Positions 1 to 9,162 of a DNA stretch of 19,862 nt are shown here, piece by piece. The notes beneath the pieces are model-generated. The model saw nothing but the letters and a program-made list of their open reading frames with translations. It had not been told where the DNA came from and made no database searches. How positions within the stretch are numbered: position 1 is the stretch's first letter; every line of letters begins with the position of its first letter. Origin of the DNA: Candidatus Thorarchaeota archaeon (GTDB taxonomy: Archaea > Asgardarchaeota > Thorarchaeia > Thorarchaeales > Thorarchaeaceae). The DNA is taken from contig JBHLQM010000002.1 in assembly GCA_048884785.1 (NCBI GenBank), forward strand, positions 1-19,862, given 5' to 3'. A program made the position numbers and the translations under genes.

Positions 1-3000
1 GAGTACATCAAGTGGTATTCCCCCTGTTGGAGGACCTGTGCCTGTAGTTGTTGTAGTTGTGGTTGTAGTGCCTGTCGTTGTGGTTGTGTCGGGTGGTCCA
101 ACAATATAGGACCCTGATTGAGACTCGTAGTTTCCATAATCCGTTGTATGGACTATTGCCTTATAGTAGACCTCTGTTCCTTCTGGGAAAGATGGAATCT
201 CGCCAGTCCAATGGTAGTCTCCAACCTTTGTCATCTCCTCTGAATCCCAAGTTATTTGGTTTGTACTGTACAGGAGTTCAACAGAGTCCAACCCCACACC
301 AGTATAGATATCAACACCAATGATAACTGGATTGCCTTCGGTTGGCACAGGGGTCTCAACTGCTAGGATGCCAAATTGAACTGCATCCGTACCCAAGCGT
401 GAGGTGTACGACACAAAGACAGGATCTTGATACACGCCAAAGCCATCCCAATGTTTGAATCCAACCGTTACATAGAACATGGACTCTGTGAAGTTCCACG
501 GTGTTGCCGAAACTCCTGCTTCTGACTCAAATGCAGTCTCAAAGGTTCCTATGGGAGTTGTCTGACTCACCACATTATATGATGCTGATTTTTCCCTATC
601 CCAGTCGTATGTCGTTCCACCCATAATCATCTCAGCAAACCGTGTTTGCTCTGTTTCGAACTGGAAATACGTAGCTCTTAGTGAAGATGAGCCAGTGGTT
701 GGAGTTCCATCAGCAAGGAACGCAAATTCAGCAACAGCAACATCAGCCAAGTAATTAAGGGCCAATGATCTGTTATTGAGAACGCTGCGCCCTCCAAGCA
801 TAGTAGTATTCCAATTACCCACATAGTTATCGATCTTGATATCTACTTGATTGTTAGGATTCTCAGCACCTTCAGTGACATGGCCTTGGAAGTTCACTTT
901 GAATTCGACTTTGTCAATATTTACTTTGACTGGTTTCTGGTCAAATGTCCTCATATCATTCTTTGCTCGTATACCCTCATACCAGCCCCAGTACCCGGAT
1001 GAAGTATACGGGAAAGTAGTTCCATTGATATTTAGAAATGCAACTCCCCATACTACCTTGGTGTCGAGCTCGACACGCATTTCACCTGCCTCTCCTGATC
1101 CCGGAGTAAGGAACTCTATATTTCCGACATTATCCGGCATGAAGTAGTGAGTTAGCTCTGCGCTGCCAGGATTTACGAGATTCACTTCCATGAGTTCATT
1201 CTCAGGTTTAGTGTCATTCCAGAGAAGGAATCCACAGAATTCATACCGCAAGTTAATATCAATCCAGTTAGTGACTGTTGCATTCGCATAGTCAATACCA
1301 TAATCCTGACTCATGCCAAAGGTGATCCAAGTCCAGGTTTCTGTATTTGATTCTACCCAGTCCCAGCCCTCTCTCAAAGCCTCTTCAAGATAGTCTGCAT
1401 AGGTTATGTTCCTTGCCAGTTCTGCAACGCCCCAATAGCCCGGTCTAGCTCGGCCATCTTCAGTTAATATTGTACTGTTCACAATATCAAACTCCACAGA
1501 GGTGAGGGGTTCTACGGTATCTGCATGATACCAATAGTAAGTTCTCGACCAATCATATGTCCAAGTGAATGTATTCAGGCCCATCCATGATGCAAGATTC
1601 ATCTCATCTCCATATAGCGTTCCATTTGGATCCCAGATGAGGTCAACTTCCATCATGTTCCATGTCCGGTTCTTTGTGTCAGTGGATGTAAAGACTTCAA
1701 GTACATAGTATTGGTCATCAACGGTTTCAAGGTTGCCATCAAGATCCAGAGCACCATTAGCCGGATTGATCTCATATTGTTGCATTCCCCACATACCCCA
1801 CCTAGGTATACCGATGATGATAACCTCGTAGTTCTTATAGACCGCACTCTCGATGGGCTGTGGCCCATAGACCAAATCGTAGCCCCAAGTCCATCTTTGC
1901 CTCAGGACATTCTGGAGCGAAGCTGAGGCATTGACGAGTGCGCCATGATACATGAATTGGTAGATAGGTTTGAATGCTGCTCCGTATTCAGAATCAAGAG
2001 AGATATAGACATCGAACCCATAGGATGAATTCAGAATCTTTCTTATCGATGTATATCGTCCATACCATTCAAAGAGGTACTCTGAAGACTGGAAGCTGAA
2101 CACCCAGTCTGTATCGTTGTAGTAGGCTTCCGTGAAGTACGAAGCCAATGCAAGTAATGGCCTCCACTCAGTCAGGTTGTACCATTTGCCATCCAAAGCC
2201 TCGTAGTAGTATGTCCAGGTATTCTCGTCCTCATAATAATTGGGATACTCAAAGAGCGAATAGAACACATCCCCGTCGAAATCGTACTCATATACTAGCA
2301 GTGCTTCCATTGACTCATTTACAATCCAACTTGTTCCGTTTCGTAATGTCATGTAGTTGAAATCTCCGAATGAATCATAGTAGACGGATTCTGATTCAAA
2401 CTCGATTTTCTCAATCGCATTGAATGCTAACGTATTGTCAAAGGTACCGACTTCAGTCGAGAGTCCAACCGTCAGAGGGTTCCAGATTACAGTATCGTTG
2501 GCAGTAGTATAATCGAAGCTGTACATTTCCAGCTCAAATGTCAACGCACCTATGTCGACATAATATTGCCCAAGCTCCTCATACACAGTATAGCCATTAC
2601 CTAGGAATATAATAGACCTGGTGCTTGGAACCATTCCACCATCACTCTCCAGACTGGCGACAGCTTCCCAAGTGGTTGCATCTGCGCCCGGATATGGCAT
2701 TTCATACTGCACTCCATCACGCTCATGATACCAACTCAGGCGTCGCTGCCAGGTGTTGAGTTTCACCTCAGAACCTAGGTAATCACCTGTGTAATACTCA
2801 AAAGCCGAAGAAACTTGCTGCCACTCACCATCAATAAAGGCCTCATAGTGTTCTCCAGTATAGTTCAAGATGTAGAGTGTGTTATCCGAGCTAATCATGA
2901 TGTAGGTGTTTTTCCTGCTGTCCCACCTCCAGCTCTCCGCAAGGTCCATCATTTGGTTCTCTCCATAGATTACGAAATAACTGCGTTGAGGATAGGGTTC

Positions 3001-5862
3001 GCACACATCAAATAATCCGACGTTCATAGCGTGATAGTCATCCCACACACCCGCGTATAGATCACCATCGAGGTCTAACCAGTAGTAGTATGGTGTACCA
3101 TCATACTCGTAATTATAGGCGTAATCTTGGGCAGTCAGAAATGAGCTTCCGTTTGCGATCGTCACATTGTAGATGTTTACTCTGTAATCATAGGTCACTG
3201 ATATTCTCGAGCCATTTGTGAGTTCATAATAGTAGTAAGATCGTTCATTCATCCAATCATAGTAGTCATCGAATAAGATGTTGGCATAGGTTTCACCATA
3301 GTATGGATTATAATGCTCCTTGACTTTTATTGGGAGCTTCTCGTTTCCAATAATGATGTAAGGCCTCTCTTCTCCCTTGAAATATTCTACTCCCTCAATC
3401 CCACAGAGTGTGCTATTATAAAAGGCTAGTTTGTTGTCGACCGGAGCCATATAGACATCATATCCGGGGTGGTCTGGATCCTTAAATGAAAATGCCCATT
3501 CCTTGTCCCATGCCATCATTTCGTGCTGCCCATAGTCACTTGCATAATCAAAGTACCATGCATCACCTGCAAAGGCATATTCCCAAAAGCACTCAACATC
3601 AGGAGCTGTGAAATTAACATAGACCATGAATTGTGCATAGAGGTCTCCTCCTTCTATCCACCAACTGAAGTCTGTGACATTCAGGAAGTCAACAGGAACC
3701 TCCGTTTGACTACTTCTCGAATCCAGCCCCTCTCGTTGCCATTCGTGGGTCTTTTGGTTATAGATCCACCACTGGCTATACCAGCCCTCCATCTCAGTTT
3801 CTTGCCAATCGTAGTAGTCACCATATACAAACTCATCCTGACCTGATGTTTCATTATATTCATAGTGCCACCCAGTTTTCAGGAATTTGACCCAGTCGTA
3901 ATATACTCCATATGTCCAGTTCTCCTTCTGTGTCTGGTTGAATCCCCGAATATTCGGGATGCCATTCATATCCACCACGATCTCGTAGGTCAGGTCGCTC
4001 CAATGGGACTCATCCAGAGTCCAACGTCCATCAAATGCTCTCATCGAGAAGAGTACAGCATCAATTTCTGAGACGGATGACGCCCCGCCCTGAAGCCTGC
4101 CCAAGACCTGGAAATAGCTATTCGTGTCAATTTGAATAGCATCACCCCTTGGCTGTTCACCGCTCTCAAGGAAGACTTTTGCTATAGTCACTGGTGACTC
4201 GATTGTCATCCTTTTGGCCATCTCGAATTCTTGCGATGTTTGACGTGGATTCTGGCCATAGGTGGCTGGTGAAAACCAGTAATCTCTCGGACCCCGGACT
4301 TCTACATCGAATGACTTAGACGAGTCTCCCTGTGTCGTAGGCATGAACTGTGTGAAATGTCCCGCCATCTCCACGACGAAATCGGCTCCAATCCGTTCGG
4401 CAGAGCATAGGCTTTGATTCAGCTCAAACAGTGGATCATCCGGAATCGGTAAATCCACCCAGATCTCTTCCTCATTAACACCTTCAACGTAATCTGGCAA
4501 TGGATAAGTCCAGTACTCATACCCATACTTAGTTTCAAAAACATCTGTTGTTACATTATAGATAATCCTGTACTCAATCTGTGCATCATCCATGTAGGTT
4601 GAAATATAGTAAGATTGCGAGATCTCATCCCAGTTAACCATTCGTACCTCAACTAGGATCTGATCAACAATCCCGACATCCTCATACGCCTCATATTCAC
4701 CGTATATATGGTCCTCATATACGACGTCCAAACTGGCATTCCAGATATATGTCTGCTGCAATTCGTCGTAGACCCACCCCCCTTGTTCCTCCACTAGACC
4801 CCAGTGCCAACCAGTTCGATTCACTTTCACTTGAATCTGTGAAGGGACCCCAATTCCTAATTGAACATACTCAGGGATTTCACTAATATTGAATTGCATT
4901 CTGAATTCTTCTTGCCTGTTTATAGAGTAGAGCACATTGCCATCGAGGTCAAGCTTCTGCAATGTATAGGTCGCCCCATAGGAGCTCTTGTATGCCTGGG
5001 AAGGATCAACTCCCACTGCCAGGCCTTGAACGTCATAATATGAGCCATAAAAGTAGGTTGATATCATATTGAAGTCTTGGTCAAGGACGTACATTCCGAC
5101 TTGGTAGAAGAGTTTTGGACACTGAGGTTCAAATCCGGCTATGAAATTGTAGTAGCTGTTGTAGGAATCGGAGGTGTTGGAACACTCATCTTCATACAGA
5201 GTCAGGAAGTCATCCAGCATCTCTGCACCTGCATATCCCCCCAATTCCATGAACTTTGTGTAGTTGAAAGTATTGCCGAATGCATACCAAGGTGGTGATT
5301 CAGTTCCCCAATCCATATATCGAACAACCGGACCACCGTATGGCATCATTTGGTTGAGAATGATAGTTAGGTTTGATTCTCCAGGAGCATAGGCCATAAT
5401 GAACATGGTTGCATTGGTGGTTGTTCCACCAGTATAGATCATAGCTTGGCCAATAAACATCAACATTCCCATTGTTTTTCCTTTGGGAAATATTGTCTTG
5501 GGAATTGTAACCGAGAAGTTGAGCTTCTCATCTGCCATCGCGTAGTGACTCTCTTGCATGAGTGAACCATTCTCATGGAAGATGCCAAATGAGAGAGATG
5601 GGCCATACCGCCATGCTGATCTCGTATGTGACCATGATTCTTCTGCGCTGTTCTGGTCCACAAACCAATCAATGTATGTCCCTGAATCCCTAATCATTGC
5701 TCCGGTAGCATCCTCCATTCTCAGAGAAATGGTATCAGATGCTTCATTGGAAACAATAGGTTTTGGTATAGACATGTGTCCATTCAGAGGAATCAGGGAG
5801 CAGATTAACATCACAATAATAGAAATAGACCCTACTTTGAGGTATGCACCGCTCAGCGGCAT
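1..5862 (-). CDS. Giant secreted/cell-surface glycoprotein (at least 1954 aa; 3' end runs off the window), S-layer/adhesin-like
   Basis: Hand-read frame: CAT at 5860-5862 with no in-frame stop down to position 1. The upstream in-frame stop is at 5890-5892 and an SD-like GAAGGAGAG precedes the ATG. The N-terminus MPLSGAYLKVGSISIIVMLICSLIPL is signal-peptide-like. The body is Tyr/Trp/Asp/Glu-rich with many N-x-S/T sequons. It ends in the window with an Ig/FN3-like segment (WTGEIPSFPEGTEVYYKAIV), a Thr-rich linker and GGIPLDVL (probable start of a TM anchor). It is absent from the ORF track because no stop lies in the window. Confidence 0.93.
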   Translation of the reverse strand, partial: MPLSGAYLKVGSISIIVMLICSLIPLNGHMSIPKPIVSNEASDTISLRMEDATGAMIRDSGTYIDWFVDQNSAEESWSHTRSAWRYGPSLSFGIFHENGSLMQESHYAMADEKLNFSVTIPKTIFPKGKTMGMLMFIGQAMIYTGGTTTNATMFIMAYAPGESNLTIILNQMMPYGGPVVRYMDWGTESPPWYAFGNTFNYTKFMELGGYAGAEMLDDFLTLYEDECSNTSDSYNSYYNFIAGFEPQCPKLFYQVGMYVLDQDFNMISTYFYGSYYDVQGLAVGVDPSQAYKSSYGATYTLQKLDLDGNVLYSINRQEEFRMQFNISEIPEYVQLGIGVPSQIQVKVNRTGWHWGLVEEQGGWVYDELQQTYIWNASLDVVYEDHIYGEYEAYEDVGIVDQILVEVRMVNWDEISQSYYISTYMDDAQIEYRIIYNVTTDVFETKYGYEYWTYPLPDYVEGVNEEEIWVDLPIPDDPLFELNQSLCSAERIGADFVVEMAGHFTQFMPTTQGDSSKSFDVEVRGPRDYWFSPATYGQNPRQTSQEFEMAKRMTIESPVTIAKVFLESGEQPRGDAIQIDTNSYFQVLGRLQGGASSVSEIDAVLFSMRAFDGRWTLDESHWSDLTYEIVVDMNGIPNIRGFNQTQKENWTYGVYYDWVKFLKTGWHYEYNETSGQDEFVYGDYYDWQETEMEGWYSQWWIYNQKTHEWQREGLDSRSSQTEVPVDFLNVTDFSWWIEGGDLYAQFMVYVNFTAPDVECFWEYAFAGDAWYFDYASDYGQHEMMAWDKEWAFSFKDPDHPGYDVYMAPVDNKLAFYNSTLCGIEGVEYFKGEERPYIIIGNEKLPIKVKEHYNPYYGETYANILFDDYYDWMNERSYYYYELTNGSRISVTYDYRVNIYNVTIANGSSFLTAQDYAYNYEYDGTPYYYWLDLDGDLYAGVWDDYHAMNVGLFDVCEPYPQRSYFVIYGENQMMDLAESWRWDSRKNTYIMISSDNTLYILNYTGEHYEAFIDGEWQQVSSAFEYYTGDYLGSEVKLNTWQRRLSWYHERDGVQYEMPYPGADATTWEAVASLESDGGMVPSTRSIIFLGNGYTVYEELGQYYVDIGALTFELEMYSFDYTTANDTVIWNPLTVGLSTEVGTFDNTLAFNAIEKIEFESESVYYDSFGDFNYMTLRNGTSWIVNESMEALLVYEYDFDGDVFYSLFEYPNYYEDENTWTYYYEALDGKWYNLTEWRPLLALASYFTEAYYNDTDWVFSFQSSEYLFEWYGRYTSIRKILNSSYGFDVYISLDSEYGAAFKPIYQFMYHGALVNASASLQNVLRQRWTWGYDLVYGPQPIESAVYKNYEVIIIGIPRWGMWGMQQYEINPANGALDLDGNLETVDDQYYVLEVFTSTDTKNRTWNMMEVDLIWDPNGTLYGDEMNLASWMGLNTFTWTYDWSRTYYWYHADTVEPLTSVEFDIVNSTILTEDGRARPGYWGVAELARNITYADYLEEALREGWDWVESNTETWTWITFGMSQDYGIDYANATVTNWIDINLRYEFCGFLLWNDTKPENELMEVNLVNPGSAELTHYFMPDNVGNIEFLTPGSGEAGEMRVELDTKVVWGVAFLNINGTTFPYTSSGYWGWYEGIRAKNDMRTFDQKPVKVNIDKVEFKVNFQGHVTEGAENPNNQVDIKIDNYVGNWNTTMLGGRSVLNNRSLALNYLADVAVAEFAFLADGTPTTGSSSLRATYFQFETEQTRFAEMIMGGTTYDWDREKSASYNVVSQTTPIGTFETAFESEAGVSATPWNFTESMFYVTVGFKHWDGFGVYQDPVFVSYTSRLGTDAVQFGILAVETPVPTEGNPVIIGVDIYTGVGLDSVELLYSTNQITWDSEEMTKVGDYHWTGEIPSFPEGTEVYYKAIVHTTDYGNYESQSGSYIVGPPDTTTTTGTTTTTTTTTGTGPPTGGIPLDVL
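43..87 (-). repeat. Low-complexity ACN codon run encoding a Thr-rich linker (TTTTTGTTTTTTTTT)
   Basis: The + strand reads gtagttgttgtagttgtggttgtagtg..., which translates to poly-Thr in the giant ORF frame. This is typical of spacers before the membrane anchor of archaeal surface proteins. Confidence 0.85.
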
Positions 5863-6127
5863 TATTTCCGACTCTCCTTCCACCGAAATCTACGAATAAC
5901 AGCTATAATACTGCAAATAAGCCAATAAAATTTACTAATTTGATTAGAATGGTATTCCGGCAAAAGCCAAAGGTCTCTTTTTTAGGGTCTATCTTAGTAG
6001 AAACTTGAGAAATGAGTCAAGGTTTATTTTGCTCTTTCCTTGTTCCTTTCAAAATAATCATCTGACTCTAACTGGTCTAGCCTTGTATTCGTCGAAATTC
6101 TTTGAAGACGCTCTTGGAGTGATGCCA

Positions 6128-7864
6128 ATGGTCAACGTGTATCAACGGGTGCTAAGTATTGATAATCTAAACCCAGAGGCGAAGCAATTCATATCTAAAG
6201 CAGCGAGTCTAATGCTGATATATAGCTTCACTGTTATGCTAACAAATACATTCCTTATCTTGCAGGCTCTAGAGTATGTAACTCTCTCTGAACTCTCCTT
6301 GATTCTAGCTAGTCAGTTTGCTATCCAAGCACTTGCTGCCTATCCATCAGGTGCTGTTGGAGACTGGATTGGTCAAAGGTGGGTTCTATTTGCTGCTGCG
6401 CTCGCGTATGGATTCGGATTCATTATTCTTTCACAGGCCTTTGACTTCGTAACAGTCATGATTGCATTCATTTTTGTCGCACTGGCTCAGAGTCAGGAAT
6501 CTGGAACCTTCATTGCTTGGTTTGACAGCAACTACAAATTGTATTCAACTGAGGATAAAGATAGGCGAACATATTCTCAATTCTACGGCAAGTTCACAAT
6601 GTTCAGTCAGATCCTAACTGCTGTCTCCTTCCTTCTAGGAGGATTCATGCTGTCTTTTATTGGCAGACCAATGATGTTTGTCATTCAGGGAATTCTTTTG
6701 ATGATCGTATCTGGCGTTTTTCTCAGAATCATGAGGGATCACGAGAGCCTCAAGCGTGGTAAGATGACCTTTGGAGGATATTTTCGGTATCTCAGAGGTG
6801 GTATGGGGACAGTCATACGAAATGGGACCCTCAGATTAATGGTCCTGGGACTTATGATATCTGGTGCGGGATGGGCCATCTGGAGTGGTCTGATTCTCTT
6901 TCCCATGTACGCTAGTTATGCCGCGACTGATGCATGGACTGCGATACTTCGTTCAATTATATTCATCTTCGGTGCGCTGTGTACAGGGGCGGCAGGAGTT
7001 GTATCGAAAAGAATCCAGAAACTTCAGCGATGGCTCTCGTTGTCAATTCTACTCACGGATGTCACGTTCTTTGTAGGTATACTACTCATGCTATACTTTG
7101 CTCCTGCCCCCTCTGCTTTTACAGTGATTTCTCTCTTCATTGTTATTGTTACGTTTACGGTATCATTCACCCCTAGATACTTAGCTGATGTCCTAAGACC
7201 TCGATTCTACCTCGATGTTATACCTGATGAGAATAGAAATGCAGTCTACTCCCTGATTCCAACACTGACAATGGTAGTGAGCATATTCGCGGTGCCAGCT
7301 GGGGGGTGGATGATTGAGATGTTTGGTCTTTCAACAACACTTCTAGTGTTGGCAATTAACGGTCTTGTTGGATCCAGCATTACAGCAATTGCAATCTATC
7401 GGCACAAGGTTGAGCAAGAGATAACCGCAGAAACTCTTGAGTTGTGCTGTCCTGTCTTTCCAAGTAAGATGCTTGACACACAAGCAATAGTCCCTCTAAG
7501 TATGCCATGCTGCTGGTCTTTCGATCCTGTAACTGAATACATCTGGACTCAACTGAAAGAGACGGCGTACCAAGACCAAGTTCTGACAGAAGAAGAGGGT
7601 GTATTAATCGAGCGCATTATCCTTGATTTAAGATCCTATGGTGAGGTATTGGAGGCATCAATCAAAGACAACCTAATTGATGCGACTGAGCAAAAGGAAT
7701 TGCAGAACGCCCGGAATAGGATATGGATTGAAGCGAATAATCTAGCCACCGATGCTGGCGAAATGAGTGAGGATGCAAAGCTGATTCTAAACCGGCTCAA
7801 GCATCTCCTAGAGTATGTCGATGCAAAACGCATTTTCAATACGGAAACAGACGACGAAGCATAA
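6128..7864 (+). CDS. MFS transporter with a C-terminal soluble extension (two CC pairs plus TerB-like helical repeats)
   Basis: About 12 hydrophobic segments and MFS motif A (GAVGDWIGQRWV). There is a roughly 150-aa hydrophilic tail after about 7400. Start moved from TTG 6005 to ATG 6128 (or 6122) because GGAGTG lies just upstream. Confidence 0.85.
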   Translation: MVNVYQRVLSIDNLNPEAKQFISKAASLMLIYSFTVMLTNTFLILQALEYVTLSELSLILASQFAIQALAAYPSGAVGDWIGQRWVLFAAALAYGFGFIILSQAFDFVTVMIAFIFVALAQSQESGTFIAWFDSNYKLYSTEDKDRRTYSQFYGKFTMFSQILTAVSFLLGGFMLSFIGRPMMFVIQGILLMIVSGVFLRIMRDHESLKRGKMTFGGYFRYLRGGMGTVIRNGTLRLMVLGLMISGAGWAIWSGLILFPMYASYAATDAWTAILRSIIFIFGALCTGAAGVVSKRIQKLQRWLSLSILLTDVTFFVGILLMLYFAPAPSAFTVISLFIVIVTFTVSFTPRYLADVLRPRFYLDVIPDENRNAVYSLIPTLTMVVSIFAVPAGGWMIEMFGLSTTLLVLAINGLVGSSITAIAIYRHKVEQEITAETLELCCPVFPSKMLDTQAIVPLSMPCCWSFDPVTEYIWTQLKETAYQDQVLTEEEGVLIERIILDLRSYGEVLEASIKDNLIDATEQKELQNARNRIWIEANNLATDAGEMSEDAKLILNRLKHLLEYVDAKRIFNTETDDEA

Positions 7865-7869
7865 CGTTT

Positions 7870-8928
7870 CTATATCCAGCGCTTTCGTCTAAAGTACGTT
7901 AACATAACAGCCATCATTGAAATAGTAATCACGATGACTATTGGATATGTAAGTTCAGAGTGGAATTCTGGAACAAGGAGGTTCATTCCATACCATGAAC
8001 CAACAACTGTCGGGGGAATGGCTACGGTAGATATCACGGTGAGTACCTTAATCACCTCGTTCAGCCTGTTAGTCACACTTGAGAGGTAGATATCGAGCAT
8101 ACTCGCCAACCACTCCCTATAGATCTCAATGTGATCAGTGATCTGAATGACATGGTCATAGAGGTCTCGAAGATAGGGGAGAGTTCCTTTCTTGAACATC
8201 TGTGGTGCCTCTCTCTCAAGTCTTAGGGCAATCTCTCTCACTGGCCATGTGTACCTACGCATCTCCGCCATAGAACGTTTTAGGTCATATATGACGCGGA
8301 GGGTATCTGCTGTGGGATCCAGAATAAGCATCTCCTGGGACATCTCAATACTTTCACTGATTTGATTGAGAAGTACAAAATAGTTGTCTACTATGAGGTC
8401 CATGAAACTATAGGCTAGGTAGTCAGCTCCGCTTTTCCTAAGGCGGCTTCCTTCATCTCGTATTCTTCTGCGTACAGGATCGAAGACATCCCCTGGCACT
8501 TCTTGGAATGAAAGAACGTAGTTCTGTCCCAAAACAATACTGACCTGCTCCGAAACCACTTGACCATTCTCTCTTTCAGACCATATCATCCTCATTGTGA
8601 TGAGCGCATATTGCGGAAGTGCCTCGACTTTAGGCTGTTGTTCAGGAGTAATAATATCTTCAATTGTAAGCGGATGCAATCCAAAAGCCTCACCAATCCT
8701 GCTTACCAATTCTGTATCATGAACACCATCTATATTGATCCATCGAATTGTGGACTTGCCTTCTGGCAATGTGCAGTCATCACTGGACTCTGCAGGTCTC
8801 TCTGTGAATTGATTCTCATTATAGTCAAAAATATAGATGCTCGGAGGTTTGGTTCGATCTGAAGTTCTGCGAACAGATGTCTTTGAAGAACCTTCTCCGT
8901 TCTTTCCTACTGAACTAAGTTCTCTCAT
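7870..8928 (-). CDS. corA: Magnesium/cobalt transporter CorA
   Basis: WINIDGVHD, FGLHPLTIEDI, EQVSIVLG, YLRDLYDH, NEVIKVLT and the GMN signature (WYGMN), with two C-terminal TM helices ending YFRRKRWI. Confidence 0.95.
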   Translation of the reverse strand: MRELSSVGKNGEGSSKTSVRRTSDRTKPPSIYIFDYNENQFTERPAESSDDCTLPEGKSTIRWINIDGVHDTELVSRIGEAFGLHPLTIEDIITPEQQPKVEALPQYALITMRMIWSERENGQVVSEQVSIVLGQNYVLSFQEVPGDVFDPVRRRIRDEGSRLRKSGADYLAYSFMDLIVDNYFVLLNQISESIEMSQEMLILDPTADTLRVIYDLKRSMAEMRRYTWPVREIALRLEREAPQMFKKGTLPYLRDLYDHVIQITDHIEIYREWLASMLDIYLSSVTNRLNEVIKVLTVISTVAIPPTVVGSWYGMNLLVPEFHSELTYPIVIVITISMMAVMLTYFRRKRWI

Positions 8929-9131
8929 ATAATCATCTCATGGAAGAAGGAATTGAACTGTCAAGGTTACTCGCTCGCCCATAAGGAATGCGGTGTGTAC
9001 TGTATTTGCGATTTGCAGTTTACGTTGCAGATGTTTTGACATCCACAACTGCACTAACGATGCCTTTCGCATTCAATTTTGGACTGCACTTTCTGATTAT
9101 ACTCCTACATCCGCTAGAATTTTACATCAAT

Positions 9132-9140
9132 AATATAAAT
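9132..9140 (+). promoter_or_regulatory. Putative TATA box for a leaderless transcript starting near ATG 9163
   Basis: AATATAAAT lies about 25 nt upstream of ATGATG at 9163-9168, which is canonical archaeal TATA-to-TSS spacing. Confidence 0.4.
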
Positions 9141-9162
9141 GAGTTTGAGACCAAGTGTGGCG

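Noticed and set aside
78-5899. Many short ORFs listed in the track (e.g. 851-1147, 1711-1926, 3523-3846, 5558-5899, 1653-1868)
   Set aside because: They are antisense or out-of-frame shadows of the giant minus-strand CDS and show no recognisable protein features.
6005-6127. N-terminal 41 aa of the 619-aa MFS ORF
   Set aside because: TTG start without an RBS, while a GGAGTG RBS favours ATG 6122 or 6128.
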